Source: Azolla caroliniana
Taxonomy: Eukaryota > Plantae > Polypodiophyta
Assembly (NCBI GenBank): GCA_043228905.1
Contig: JBHGNT010000017.1
Span: 9,610,001 to 9,674,000 of the forward strand
DNA: 64,000 bases
Direction of reading: 5' to 3'
Within the stretch, counting starts at the first letter, position 1. Each line of letters opens with the position of its first letter. Positions 12,007 to 24,864 of the stretch are shown in pieces. The notes under the pieces are model-generated. The model saw only the letters and a list, made by a program, of their open reading frames with translations. It ran no database searches and had not been told where the DNA came from. The translations under genes were made by a program, and so were the position numbers.

Positions 12007-12853
12007 ATTATCGTCTTCGGAGGTCAAATATGACCTATGAGACCAAAAATATTACATTTCACGTGATACGTGTGAGAGTGAGTAGTGACTCTTGATGTTC
12101 AAGAACTATACCAATGAATGTTGCAATCGAGAGTGCACATTGTGGTTGTGAGAGGAATTCATGCAAAGATTGGGCTCGATTGAAGAGATGTGGAAAGCAT
12201 GGTTGAATATGATCAAAGGCAGAGCATTGTATCAAAGTGTGATACTCAGACTCATCAACTTGTTTAGGGCAAAGTGTGCATAGCCAACCACTCTCATCAC
12301 TTGTGCCCCAACGCCCTGTTTCACATTGCAATGCATGTGAGCTAAGTTGCATGGAAGCAATGGTTTGAATGGCAGATAACGGTATGGGCTCTAACATGTA
12401 TGGATGTGTACGATTTCCCCGTTCCGCAAAGAATATGGTTTTGTAGTTAGGTGCAACATGTGTAGTATAATGTGTGAAGTGCGAACCTCCACATTTGTCC
12501 CATGTCATGATACATTGGTGTTGCAAAAAGGCCTCATTTATAGAGGAATCTAATGATGCATCATGAACGAAGTGTCTCACATCCCATCTACCAAACCATT
12601 TTTCTATATCTTGCATCCAATCGGAATACAAAATTTTGCTTTTATGCGTCTTTTGGATCTTTTTGCTTGCTTCCCACGCAATTCTAGGAAGTCGATGTGA
12701 GGGACTTTTTTGAACCTTAAGCATGTATTCAACAACCCTTTCCATGGCCATGATCTCAATGGGAAGCGATCCCATCTCAAGGAGGAGGAGGGTGTAGGGC
12801 GTTTGTTTCTTAACTTGTAGAAACTTGGTAAGAAAATGTTTTTGGACATTTTC

Positions 12854-13270
12854 TGTCATGATATGGCAAGACTCAAACCCATGACCTTATGCTACATGGG
12901 TCGAGCTCTTGACCATTAGACCATACATTGTAATACGTAGAATATTATTTTCATTTATGTTTTATTATAGAAAATTGATGTATATTCCAGATTTCTCTAG
13001 AACATTCTAGAAACTTCAGGAGTATTCCTTAGAACACTATAAAAGGAGGCACAAGGCATTATTTCGAACCAAATCGGTTCAACGCCAGTCGTAAGCCTCC
13101 TAGCTACTACTGTACATTCTCTTCACATAATATATATCTTTTCTTATCATCACTCTCTCTCTCTCTCTCTCTCACTCACTCTTTCCTTCTCTCGAGAGTT
13201 CTTCACCTCTCTTAGTACTAATACTTCTTTTAGTACTAATTCCTTCTCTGTCTTAGTACTGTTCCTGACA
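12854..13270 (+). mobile_element. Solo LTR of the element A family (417 bp)
   Basis: TGTCA..TGACA; 5-bp TSD TTTTC at 12849-12853 and 13271-13275; splits the LINE ORF at KEFEN|VQKHF. Confidence 0.95.
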
Positions 13271-14755
13271 TTTTCAAACTCTTTCCACATAGATTTAGGG
13301 ATGCTACCGCCCCATACTTCCACCCCATAGAGAAGAACCGGTGTCACCAAAGTGTCGAAAAGATATTTCCTGAGGACCCAACACTTAATATCTCCAAGAT
13401 TGCATGTGTTCTCAAATGCATAGTATGCTCGCTTACCCACCTCTAAGAGGCGTGTAGCACATTCATTCCATCTATGATTTGAAGGAACTTCAAGGCCAAG
13501 ATATTTGAAGCTTTCCACACATTCAAGTGGCTCATTGTTATACATAATGCATGGTTTATCTCTTTTTTGGCTCTTCACAAGCATAATCTTTGTTTTAGAG
13601 CTATTGACACTTAATTTAGTATGCATGCAAAAAATTTCCAATACCTTCATAAGCTTTTGTGCCTCTCCTAAAGTATTTGCAAAAAGCACTACATCATTTG
13701 CATATAGCAAAAGCATAATCACAACATTCCCAATGGCAACTTCTTCAACACATTCTTCCTTTGCAAACTTGGTAACCATTTCTTCCAATTCATCAATGCA
13801 TAGACCAAATAGTGTTGGTGAGAGTGGGCATCCTTGTTTAACACCAATAGTGCTTTTGAAAAAAACGGAAAGTTTATCTCTCATGCGCACACAACATATA
13901 ACCTTCTCATAAATTCGGAAAATTGCAAGCATATATTCACTTGGCACCTCAAGCTCTTCCATTCGCCTCCAAAGATGCTCACGAGGTACCATATCAAAAG
14001 CTTTCTTGAAGTCTACAAAGCAACAATATAAACCTTTACCTCTAAGGCGACTTTCCTCCATTAATACTCGAAGGGTGATAAGGTGATCAATGGTGCTATG
14101 GTGTTTCCGAAAGCCAACTTGTCCATAAGCTCTCTTACCACTTTTTTTAGCCCATACACTTATCTTTGATTCCATTATACATCCAAATAGTTATGCCATT
14201 AATGAGCCAACCATGATGGTTCGATAGTTGTTTACATTATTTATATCTCCACCTTTATGTAAAGGTTTGATCCAATTTGTAGTCCAATCATATGGCATGC
14301 CATGTTGCAATGCATCATTAAACATATCTCTTATCCATATATGTGCTTCCTTTCCCGTCCATTTGAGCATTTCAGCCTTTATACATTGAAGAGCGCTTGC
14401 CTTTCGAGAGGCCAATTTCTTAAGTCCTATGCATATATCTTCAATTGTAAAGAAGGGAGGCATATGTGAAAGAAAACCATAACACATCATCTTTCCGGCA
14501 AGAGATAACTCATATAAATTCTTACAATGCATAGACAAGTCATGAAGAGTTAAGTCACCATAACTCTCAACACGTTTCCCCGTTAGATTTCCCCAAATTT
14601 TAGCACATGCATGTGCTTTCTCTTGCGTTTGGACAAATTGTTGAGTAACTTCCCATATTCTTCTCTTTCTTTGAATAAGCCTTTTATACTCATGCAAATG
14701 CTTTTGGTAATTCTCTTTATCCTTAATACGACCTCCTTTGAAATGGCCGTCATCG

Positions 14756-16784
14756 TCCTCGAGTCATCATCAATCTTCTTTTCATGTTGGATGCGTTGTT
14801 TAGGCGTCCCGACTTCTTTAGATGGTTTTGCTTTTTCTACGCTTGGTCTTACCAAGTCAATATCATGGAGCCATCGATGACGCCTGTCGATCTTGTTGCA
14901 TGCTTGCTTCACCGCAACCCAGTCCGCCACAAGGCCGTTTGCTTGGGTATCATCTTCGAGGAGAGTCCCCAACTCTCGTCTATCCTTCATGTCCACGGCT
15001 TTCAAGAAGTACAAAGTCTTGTCCTCCTCAACCAGCTCTTGGTTCGTGTTGGGGAGATGACTAAACATTTGGTCGAACTCGTCCTACACCCTCGAGACGC
15101 TCATCTTCTTATTTTTCTTCTCTATCCATTTCATCAAGGCATGTCGAGTCATCCTCGTTGAGTCTTCAGTCGCGAACTCTGCTAGTATCGTTTTCTCAAA
15201 CTCGGACCATGTTGTCTTACCTTCTTGAAGTTCGATGATGCGTCTTTCGACGTTGTTGGCAACAACTCTCTTGAAGCTTGCGATTTGACGTGCTTCAGAC
15301 ACGTCCCTCTGTTTCATCTCCCTTCTATATGTATCAAGGAACTTTATAATGTTCCTTCCATCAAATTGACCCTCGAGCTCTACGACACGGTCAACGGCCT
15401 TTTCCACGCTCGCATCGTTGTCTCGAGATCTCATCATTTGTTCGACGATTAGCATCATCCTTTCGAGCTCTCCCGCTTGGTTGCTTGAGGACGCCATCTC
15501 CAAGTATTAATCTCGGCTTGATCCTTCCTACCGCCTCTTTCACGTCGGGTTCACCACTTAATTATGTCGTGAAGATCCGTCACTACGCGTGGATCGTGAG
15601 GCAGAACCGTCGGGGTTCTGGACCGGAAGGACTCGAAGTTGGCGCTAGCTTTAGCGAGAAAGGATTTAAGTTAGATTGAAAGAGAGAGAGATTGAGATAA
15701 GATAGAACACTTGACTTTAGATTGAGAGAACAAGGTATATCATCAAAAGGATCACGAAATTTCTTCTTAATATTAATGTTGATTTCAAGTACAAAGCTCT
15801 TCCAAAAAATTTACATTACCAAATCCCCCTTTGATCTTTTTCATCCCCTCTTTTATAGATGCCCTCATGCATTTGAGGGTTCAAGACATGCATAAAATGC
15901 ATGTTTGCCATTTGGCGTTCATGTATTACATGTGGTGCATGAGAACCACGTCACTCATTTTAGCTCTCATATATGAGAATTTACATGTAAAGTTACAATG
16001 ATAAAGATATTATTTTAAGAAAATGTCTTGGCTTAGTGGTAAGCCTATAAACTTCTCAACTTGGAGGTGCAAGGTTTAAATCCACACTTGCACTCCTTGT
16101 GTATATATATATGTGTATACATATATTTATTTATTTATTTATTTATTTGTATATCTATCTGGTCGCCGGATGCCGGATGTCGGTCACCGCCGGTTACCGT
16201 CGGTCCACGGATGCCGCCGGTTACCGTTCGGTCGTCGGATCCCGGTTCCGTTGCCGAATGCCGGATGTCGGTTACCGTTTGGTTGCCGGATGCTGGTTCT
16301 GTCGCCAGATGCCGGTTATCGTTCGGTCACCGGGTCCCGGTTCCGTTGCCGGATGCAGGTTACGTTGCCGATCTGGTTTTGGTTGGGCAAAACCTTTGCA
16401 AGTAGCCAGGCCACACCCACTCATCCAATAGCTTAGTTCAAGTCACCTTGAACTCTCTATGCTCCACACATAGACACAAAGATAATAGCTTTTGCTCTGC
16501 CTTATATATGGTGAGATCCTTATTTCTTGTCTATGTGGGATATCTGACAGTTTTATTTTTCTCTTCTTCCTTCTCATACTTCACTCCCACATAACTTATC
16601 GCTTAGATGTCCGTTTTTTATGTGGTAAAGCACATTTGAAAGCTCTTAAAGACCTCCATCTTTTTGTACTAAGATATTAAACATATTTAAATTAGTATCT
16701 TCACTATTATTGTTTTATATGAATCACACTCGATTTCGTACGTTTTATTTTATTTTCACACCATTGTCGAAAATCTTCACGACA
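14756..16784 (-). mobile_element. Element E: Ylt1/Phygy-like gypsy 5' part (1220-bp LTR 15565-16784, tRNA-Trp PBS, gag remnant)
   Basis: 12-bp terminal inverted repeat TGTCGTGAAGAT/ATCTTCACGACA; PBS TGGTGAACCCGACGTGAA 15539-15556; gag similar to element G (GQFDGRNI..FLKAVDMKDRRELG). Confidence 0.88.
16029..16083 (+). promoter_or_regulatory. tRNA-type Pol III A/B boxes in LTR E
   Basis: TGGCTTAGTGG (D-arm GCTT/AAGC)..GGTTTAAATCC, 44 nt. Confidence 0.68.
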
Positions 16785-16787
16785 ACG

Positions 16788-19700
16788 TGTCTCTCATAGA
16801 GAGAGAGAGAGAGAGAAGTATAGTGTTAAGACAAAGAAAGAGAGAGAGTTGAAACGGAAATATTATATTGTAGAGTAAAACGGATTACAAGGACTAGGCA
16901 ACAGAGTGTTATAGAATGACGTTGAACCAATTTAGTTTTGGGATGATTGATAGATCCCTATTTATAAGTAATATAGAACACTCTAGAATATTCTAGGTCA
17001 TCCTTGAATGTAGAGTAATCTAGAAGGTTTCTAAAGTATTCTAGAAGGTTCTAGTGTATAGAACACTCTAAAATATTCTAGGTCATTCTAGAATGTAGAG
17101 TAATATAGAATATTCCTATCATATTAGATTATATATTCTAAAAACTATACATATAAGAATATTAATACAATGGTTAAGGATTTGACATTCGTATAACAAG
17201 GTCGTGGGTTCAAATCCTTTCAAGGCATGATGTGAGTGTCATCATGACACGATCCCCCTTCTTCGACGACATGTCTCACAGGTCGTAGAGTTTGTACTAG
17301 ATATTGGCGATGAAATGGAGTTACCATGTCCGCGGCATTGAAAAGATTTGCAGCGAGTTCCCAAGTTCGATCATTGGGACTAAAATTCAAGTTTGTCCAA
17401 AAACTCAACAGGTGGGGGAGAGGTGTCGTAAGACGGCCCAGAATTGAACTTGAAGTATAAGGTTCCAAAAGGGATACATGAAACACCGGATGAAGATGAT
17501 GTGCAAAGGGAGGCCAAGACGAACTGCAACATCACTTACCTTACCAGTGATCATATAAGGGCCAAAACGTTGGTAATCCAATTTACTGCAAGACGGAGTG
17601 GTCTTGATTGTGTTGGAGAAGCCACACATGATCCCCAACGCGGAACTTTTTGGAGGAGTCTCGGCGATGACAATCCGCAAGCCTCTTGTGTGTAACTTGA
17701 GCATCATGAAAATTGTGGAGAATGGTATCATCAATTTCTTGGAGACGACTAAGACGATCCTCAGTAGTAGGGTTGGTAGGAACGTCTGGATGCACATTCA
17801 TCATCCACCGAGGATGACAGGCCGTATTTGCGAAAAATGGAGAATATCCTATAGAAGAATGGGTTGAGTTGTTGTAAGCAAATTCAGCCAAGTGCAAAAA
17901 ATCAACCCAATCATCTTGTTGGTAGTTGATGAAACAATGAAGATATTGCTCCAAAGTCTGGTTGGTACGGTCAGTTTGGCCATTAATGTCGGGATGATAG
18001 CCCGAAGAGAGCTTAAGCAAAATGCGGAGAAGTTTGAACATGTGCTTCCAAAACTTTGAGATGAATTGTGGACCATGATCACTAATAATATCATCTAGAA
18101 GACCATGATGCCTAAATACCTCCCGCATAATGAGATTGACCACCTCTTGACTGGCAATAGACTTCTTACATGGCAAGAAATGTGCCATTTTGGTAAATCA
18201 ATCAACCTCTGTGAGAATTGCATCAAAACCTTTTGAAAGTGGGAGATTGGTAATGAAATCCAAGGATATAGACTCCCAAGGATTTTCCAGAATGGGAAGT
18301 GGTTGTAGTAAGCCATAGGATCGATGTCGAGGACTCTTTGATCGACAACATGTATCATAGCTACAAACATACTCCTCAACAAAATGACGAAGGCGAGACC
18401 ACCAATAGTGTCGAGAAATTAATTCTAGAGTTTTGCGAACTCCAAAATGACCAACCATTGGTGAGTCATGGCAATGTTGTAAAACGTGGTCGAAACAAAA
18501 AACCACCATGCCAATAGAATTGACGATAGTCATTACGAGGGTTTTTCGATTGTGAGCAAGAAGCACAATCGGGGACGATATGATCCAAAACATCCTTGAC
18601 GAATTCATCAGTGGCCATATGATCTCTAATGGAATCAAGAAGAGTGGAATCTTCAAGAGTTGTTATGGCATTAACTATCATTAATCATAGGTGATTAGAA
18701 CCCGGAAGGATTTGTTTTTAATGCTCGAATGCAGGTTCCCCTAGACAAAGTTCCATATAAGAGCACTGAGAAAGAGCATCTGCTTTGCCTTGCTACATCC
18801 CGGGGCAATATATGATGACAAAGTCAAAGTGAGTCAAAAAATTGCCCACCGGGCTTGTCTCTGACTCAAAACTTGTGCATTTTAGAAATACATCAAGTTC
18901 TTATTATCGTTGTAAACAATGATTTGTTGAGAAGAACCTTGTAGAAAATGTCACCATTGTTGAAAAGAATCCACAATTGCAAGAAGTTCTTTGTCATGGA
19001 TCTCGTAGTTTATCTCTACAGCTTCAAACTTTCAGGAATGAAAGGCGACATGATGTAGTTGTCCATCATCTCCAGTCTGCGATAGGACACTCCCTAGTGC
19101 AAAATCGGATGCATCGGCTTCAAGGATGAAGCAATTTGTTGGGTTGACATGTGCTAAGATAGGTGCCATTGTAAACGCTCATTTTAAGCTTTCGAATGCT
19201 TCGGCTGCATCGGAACTCCATATAAATGGCTGATTTTTGTGTGTGAGTTGAGTGAGTGGAAGCACGACCTTGGAATAATCTTTAATAAATTTTCGATAAA
19301 AATTTGCAAACCCAAGAAAACATTGCACATCGCGCACTGAAAGGGGCACCTGCCACTCTAAAATTGCTTGCACCTTCATGGGTTCCATAACAATACCATC
19401 TAATGATACAACATACCCCAAAACTACATTTTTCTAATTTTGCATAGAGACCATATTCTCGGAGTTGACGTAGTACCTGACGATCATGTTCATTATGCTC
19501 CTCTTGGGTCTTTGAGTAGATTAAAATATCATCCAAGTAAACTATAGTGAAGATATCAAGAAAGTTTCGAAAAATATCATTCGCCATATGTTGGAAAACT
19601 GCAGGTGCATTCGTGAGACCGAATGGCATCACGGTATACTCAAAATGTCCATAGCGAGTGCGAAAAGCAGTCTTCCATTCATCCCCCAAATGAAACCAAA

Positions 19701-22342
19701 CTAGATTATATGTATTGCAAAGGTCCAACTTCGTGAAATATTTTTCTCCACTAAGACGTTCCAAAAGATTTGGGATTAATGATAGAGAATATCTATTCCG
19801 GATAGCCACTTTCTTTAGCCCTCGATAATCCACAACCAACCGAAGAGTACCATTCTTTTTCTTAACGAAGAAGATAGGTGCACCAGCAAGGCATCTAGAA
19901 TGCCAAATGAATCCGTTTGCCAGATTCTCATCGATATATTCCCGCAAAGTCTCTAGCTCTACAAGGGAGAGATTATAAATTAGGTCCCATGGAGGTTCTT
20001 TACCTGGTTGTAAATCGATAGGCAATCGTATGGACGATGCTCCGGCAATGTATTGGCCTTCACCTTATCAAAGACATCTGAGAACTCTTTTTATTTCTTT
20101 GGTAGTTTAATGTCTGCTTCATGTAAAGTGGATGATGGAGTTGCTATTATTGCTAAGATGAACATGGCCCTGTTCCCCCCTTCCTCACGCAACTGTCGTA
20201 GAGAGATGGTTGATAACTCAGGGGATCTATTATCAGATGTCGAAGATTTGAGGAATGCGGGGTTTGTGTTTTTTTCCTAGGTCTCCTCAATTGTTCTTTT
20301 CATCCAAGCAATCTTCGGGTTATGGAATTCAAACCAAGGGAGACCTAGAACTATTGGGTGTTCCGGACTTCGAATAATGTTGAAAGAGATTATGCTTGCC
20401 AAATTGCCAAGAACTATCCGAATTGGCTCAGACTCCTCGAATATATCTCCTAATGCTATGGGACGGCCATCAATGACTCCTACGGCTATTAGGCTTGGGA
20501 GCTTATTCAAGAGAATGTTTTGTAACAATGCAAATTCACGATCCATGAAACAAGAGTTGGTTCCAAAATCTAGGAGGGCAGAGGCTAGGACTCAATGACA
20601 TGTAGATGTGGTAAGCTCAACTTGTGCAGAAAAAACTCTACTTACTTAATTTGATGAAATGGAACCACGACTAGGACTTACTCGTTTAACACCTCTTCTA
20701 ATTGGCTCAAGACATCGAATCCATTCTCATGGCATGGACTATGAGGCTTACTTATGTTATTAGAAGTAACAATGGAACTCGAAGTAGGGTTGTCATGTGC
20801 ACTTACTTGGTATACTTGACGTCTAGGTTTATGTGGACAATTTACGGCTATATATCCTAGACCGCCATAATACAAGCATAGGCGATGCACTCGACATTGT
20901 TGCTTCTCAGCATCTGATAAAGGCCCACAATGTTGTGTTGACTCTATTTCCATCGAAGTTGGGACATCCCTTGTAATGGGTCTGGAAACTGGTGGAGGCA
21001 TTGCGACTACGGAAGCATAAGTATGTTCTGGTTGGCGGCGTATCATTTGTTCATGCTTAGAACGTCGCTCAAATAGGCAAGTATCACATCGCATGGCTCA
21101 ACTAATGTCCTCTATAAGAGACTTTAGATCTTCAAGGAAAGTAAGGGGAAGATCTTTGACATCATTACGCAAACCTTGACGGAATTGATCCATTAAGGAC
21201 GCCTCATCCCAAGGGATATCGCATGTCAAGAGACAGACATCAGCTACGTAAGCCAACACGGGATGATCTCCTTGTCGGAGCCTTCAAATCTTGTTTATCG
21301 TTGTCCTAGTGCTATCGGTGTCTCCAAAACTAGCTTGAAACTCCTTAACAAATGCCTCGAAATCCTCAAGCAACAGTGATTTCTTCTCGAGAAGTGGTGC
21401 GAACCATGCTAATGTCGTACCGCATAGCAAAGTTCCCACTAATCCCACATGAGCAGAGTCATTTGGATACCGATTGGGATGTAGCTAAATAACCAGATGA
21501 ACTTGATTCAAAAAGCCTCGAAAAAAAGACCTCGTACTATCAAACTTGGCAGGGAGGCTAATCTTTGGTTCTCTAGGGGAGTTCTGAACCCCCGACACTT
21601 GTTCTCGTAATGATAATATAGTTTCCTTGAGTTGGTGAACTCGTTGTGATAACTCTTCATATTGTTGAGCTTTTTCGGTGCTCACTTGTTGTAGGTCCCC
21701 AATTATCCTTTGATTTTCATGCTCTAAGGCCACAAATTTATTCATGAGCATGTCGAGCTCAGAAAGAACACGTATATACTCCTGTTTGCTCACAGATTCC
21801 ATAGCTTACAAGGGGAGAGGAGAAGGAAGAAGAGAACTTGTTAGGGTTTGTGGAAGAGGAAGAAATGAAAACATTGGTTCAAACTGCCAACACACACACA
21901 CACAAAGAGAAGTATAGTGTTGAGACAATGAAAGAGAGAGAATTGAAAGGGAAATATTTTATTGCAGAGTAAAATGGATTACAAGGAGTTGGCAATAGAG
22001 TGTTATAGGATGGTGTTGAACCAATTTAGTTTTGGGATGATTGATAGATCCCTATTTATAAGTAATATAGAACATCTAGAATATTCTAGATCATCCTAGA
22101 ATGTAGAGTAATCTAGAAGGTTTCTAGAGTATTCTAGAAGGTTCTAGTGTATAGAACACTCTAGAATATTCTAGGTCATTCTAGAATGTAGAGTAATACA
22201 AAATATTCCTATGATATTAGATTATATATTCTACAAACTATACATATAAGAATATTAATACAATGGTTAAGGATTTGACATGCATATAACAAGGTCGTGG
22301 GTTCAAATCTTTTCGAAGCATGATATGAGTGTCATCATGACC
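16788..22342 (-). mobile_element. Element D: near full-length degenerate Tcn1-like chromovirus
   Basis: LTRs 21885-22342 and 16788-17249; gag (EPKISLPAKFD, degenerate zinc knuckle), protease, RT (IVYLDDILIYS), RNase H, integrase; PPT 17250-17264; no matching TSD. Confidence 0.9.
17163..17217 (+). promoter_or_regulatory. tRNA-type Pol III A/B boxes in LTR D (also 22256-22310)
   Basis: TAATACAATGG..GGTTCAAATCC, 44 nt. Confidence 0.65.
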
Positions 22343-22350
22343 CTAAACCC

Positions 22351-24348
22351 TAAACTCCGGGAATATGGACTCTTCTCACCCAAAAGTGAGAAATGCGAAT
22401 TCGATCGGACCTTTGTCGAATTCCTGGGTTACATAATCTCACCTACCGGGATCACAATGGATGAACATAAGGTAGCTGCAATCACTGATTGGCCTCTCTC
22501 GACTCAGCTGAAAGAGGTTTCCGACTTTCCAGGTTGAAACTGATGCAGTCTTGTCTCATCTTGACGACGATGGCACCCTGCATCCAGTCACCTTCTACTC
22601 ATGAAAGTTTACAGCCCTGGAAATCAATTATCCAATCTACGACAAGGAGCTTGCAATTATTATCTCGGTCTTCGCCGAATGGTGACCCTATCTGGTTGGG
22701 GCCCAACATCGTATCTCCTCTACTTCACCACCATTCGTACATTGAATCGGAAGCAGGCTCACTAGTCAACTTTTCTCGCCGACTACGACTTCGAAATCTT
22801 GTTTCGACCCGGTGTTCAACATGGGAAAGCGGATGCTCTCTCTCGGCGACCCAACTTTGCACTACGCCCAGGTGACGACGCATATTCTCAGCAATCACAT
22901 TGTTTATTGCGGCCCGATCAACTCCACATGTTCACAACCTATATGTTGCATGATGATTCCTTGCTCAACGAGATCGCCCAAGCAACCACGTCGGACCTTT
23001 TTACTACTGACATCATGGCGAGCCTCAACAACCCATCCCAAGAAATGCAAAGCTTGGATCTGAGTCACTTTACCACACATGATGGGCTACTCTATCATAA
23101 TCACCTCCTTTACGTACCAGCTGGCACATGTCGCATCCGAGTACTACAAACTTGTCATGATGATCCTCTTGTCGGACACTTTGGGGTCGTGAAAATGCTC
23201 GTGTTGGTGTCTCGAGGGTTTTGATGGCCCCAAACCTTGGAAATTGGTCAAATAATTTATCAAAACTTATGACGTCTGTGCTCGCTCCAAAGCAACTCAC
23301 CATCGTCCATATGGCCTTCTACACCCACTTCCAATTTCCAATCGACCTTGGGTGTCTCTCTCCATAAACTTTATCATCGACCTTCCTCAGGTCAGTGACC
23401 ATGACACGGTGCTAGTAGTCGTCGATCGGTTTTCGAAGATGGCTCACTTTGTCCCATGTTCGAAAACCATTTGGGGGGAGGAGATGGCTGACGTTTTTCT
23501 GAAAAATGTCGTCCGATTACACGGCTTCCCTGAGGATGTCACTTCTGATCGAGGTCCTCAATTTATCTCCCTCATTTCAGAATTTCCATTCCGAAGATTT
23601 CCGTCTCTCCGTCGTCCGAGAGGCGTGCCCACACCTTACAAGATGTCCATCGTGACCTCTCCCTCGAACTCTGTGCTGCTGGCAAACAGTATAAAGCTCA
23701 CGTTGACCGACATCGCATGGTCGCGCCTACCTTCGCAGTCAGTGACATGGTTTGGCTGCTATGTCACCACATTGCAACCACCTGTCCCTACGCGAAGCTC
23801 GACTACGATAAGCTAGGCCCCTTCTGTATCCTCGAGAGCATTAACCGAGTCGCCTTCCGGTTGGCACTTCCCCCCACATTTCGGTTTCACAATGTTTTCC
23901 ACATCTCTCCCATTGAACTCTACCATCCTTCTCGCATTCCAGGACGACAACCTCTACCGCCGCCTATGGAATTATCTACAGGTGAAGAGTACGAGTTGAC
24001 CGGATCCTCGACTCCTGCTTGCGTCGACGAAGACTTCAATACTTGTTCTTATGGAAAGGTTACCCTCTTTCGGACGCCACATGGGAACCAGTTACACATT
24101 TACAAAATGCGTCTGACGCAATTCACGCTTTTCATCAGCAATGCCCTCATAAACCGGCAGCGGGTGTTAGGAGGCGGTCTTAGAGGGAGGATAATGTCAT
24201 AGACAAATACCACGTCTAAGGAAGGTAGGGATTGAACCCAAGACCTCATGGTCTCTATTGGGCAACCCTACCAATTGAGGTACATATGCATCCTTGTACC
24301 AAATCCAACTTCATGTAATGTAGTTTGAACATTGGAAGTTCCTAGCTT
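22351..24348 (+). mobile_element. Element J, 3' part (RT end, RNase H, integrase, chromodomain, truncated 3' LTR 24195-24348)
   Basis: RT resumes KLREYG..EKCEF where the 5' part stops; PPT AGAGGGAGGATAA 24182-24194; LTR TGTCATAGAC homologous to 10398. Confidence 0.82.
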
Positions 24349-24349
24349 G

Positions 24350-24864
24350 TGACGAGAACTGGTCGTTCCTTATGCGCAACACTCAGCCGCAACCGAGCTT
24401 AGAATGATACACAGAAAACGGGAAATAAAATGCAACACAAAGAAGAGACGAGGTACACAGGAGGTTTACGTGGAAAACCCCAAACTAGGGGAAAAACCAC
24501 GACAGCCCACAGGCTGCAAACTATCACTATGATGGAATGAACAACAATGAGTTCACTGAGGCACCGACCTCGTGCTCATAGGTCTTCACCACAGGCGGCG
24601 GTTACAACAGAGGCAACGACCTCTTTCTCTCTCTGTACAGTTACGCACACTCTCTATTCTTGCACACACAAGAATGACAACAACAACTACAGTAACTAAA
24701 AGTTTGCCCTAAGTCATATTTATTCTAATATGACTTTCGACTATTTACAAATATAGCCTCGATGGGCTCTTAGAAAACATATTTACAAATATGTCTCTTC
24801 CTCCAGTTCTCACCGGGTCTGCACCATCCGGCTCTCCGTAGCCTGGTACTCCTCTTCCGAGTCA
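24350..24864 (-). repeat. Copia LTR related to the element H LTR
   Basis: TGAC..GTCA ends; shares GAAAACCC..GGGGAAAAACCACG..AACTATCACTAT and GAAAACATATTTACA with 49376-49896; no TSD. Confidence 0.7.

Larger units (their letters stand above)
11961..14755 (-). mobile_element. LINE-1: 5'-truncated non-LTR retrotransposon (RTEX-like), interrupted by a solo LTR
   Basis: PLHKGGD..NYRTI, FVDFKKAFD, GVKQGCPLSPTLF, FKYLG, C-terminal SHALQCETGRW..LCTLC..ESEYH..C; short 3' UTR then (TC)n; clade assignment is inference. Confidence 0.88.

Noticed and set aside
20684-20690. G_UUA_AAC slippery site at the end of element D gag
   Set aside because: Plausible position, but downstream sequence is too decayed to confirm the frame or a stimulatory structure
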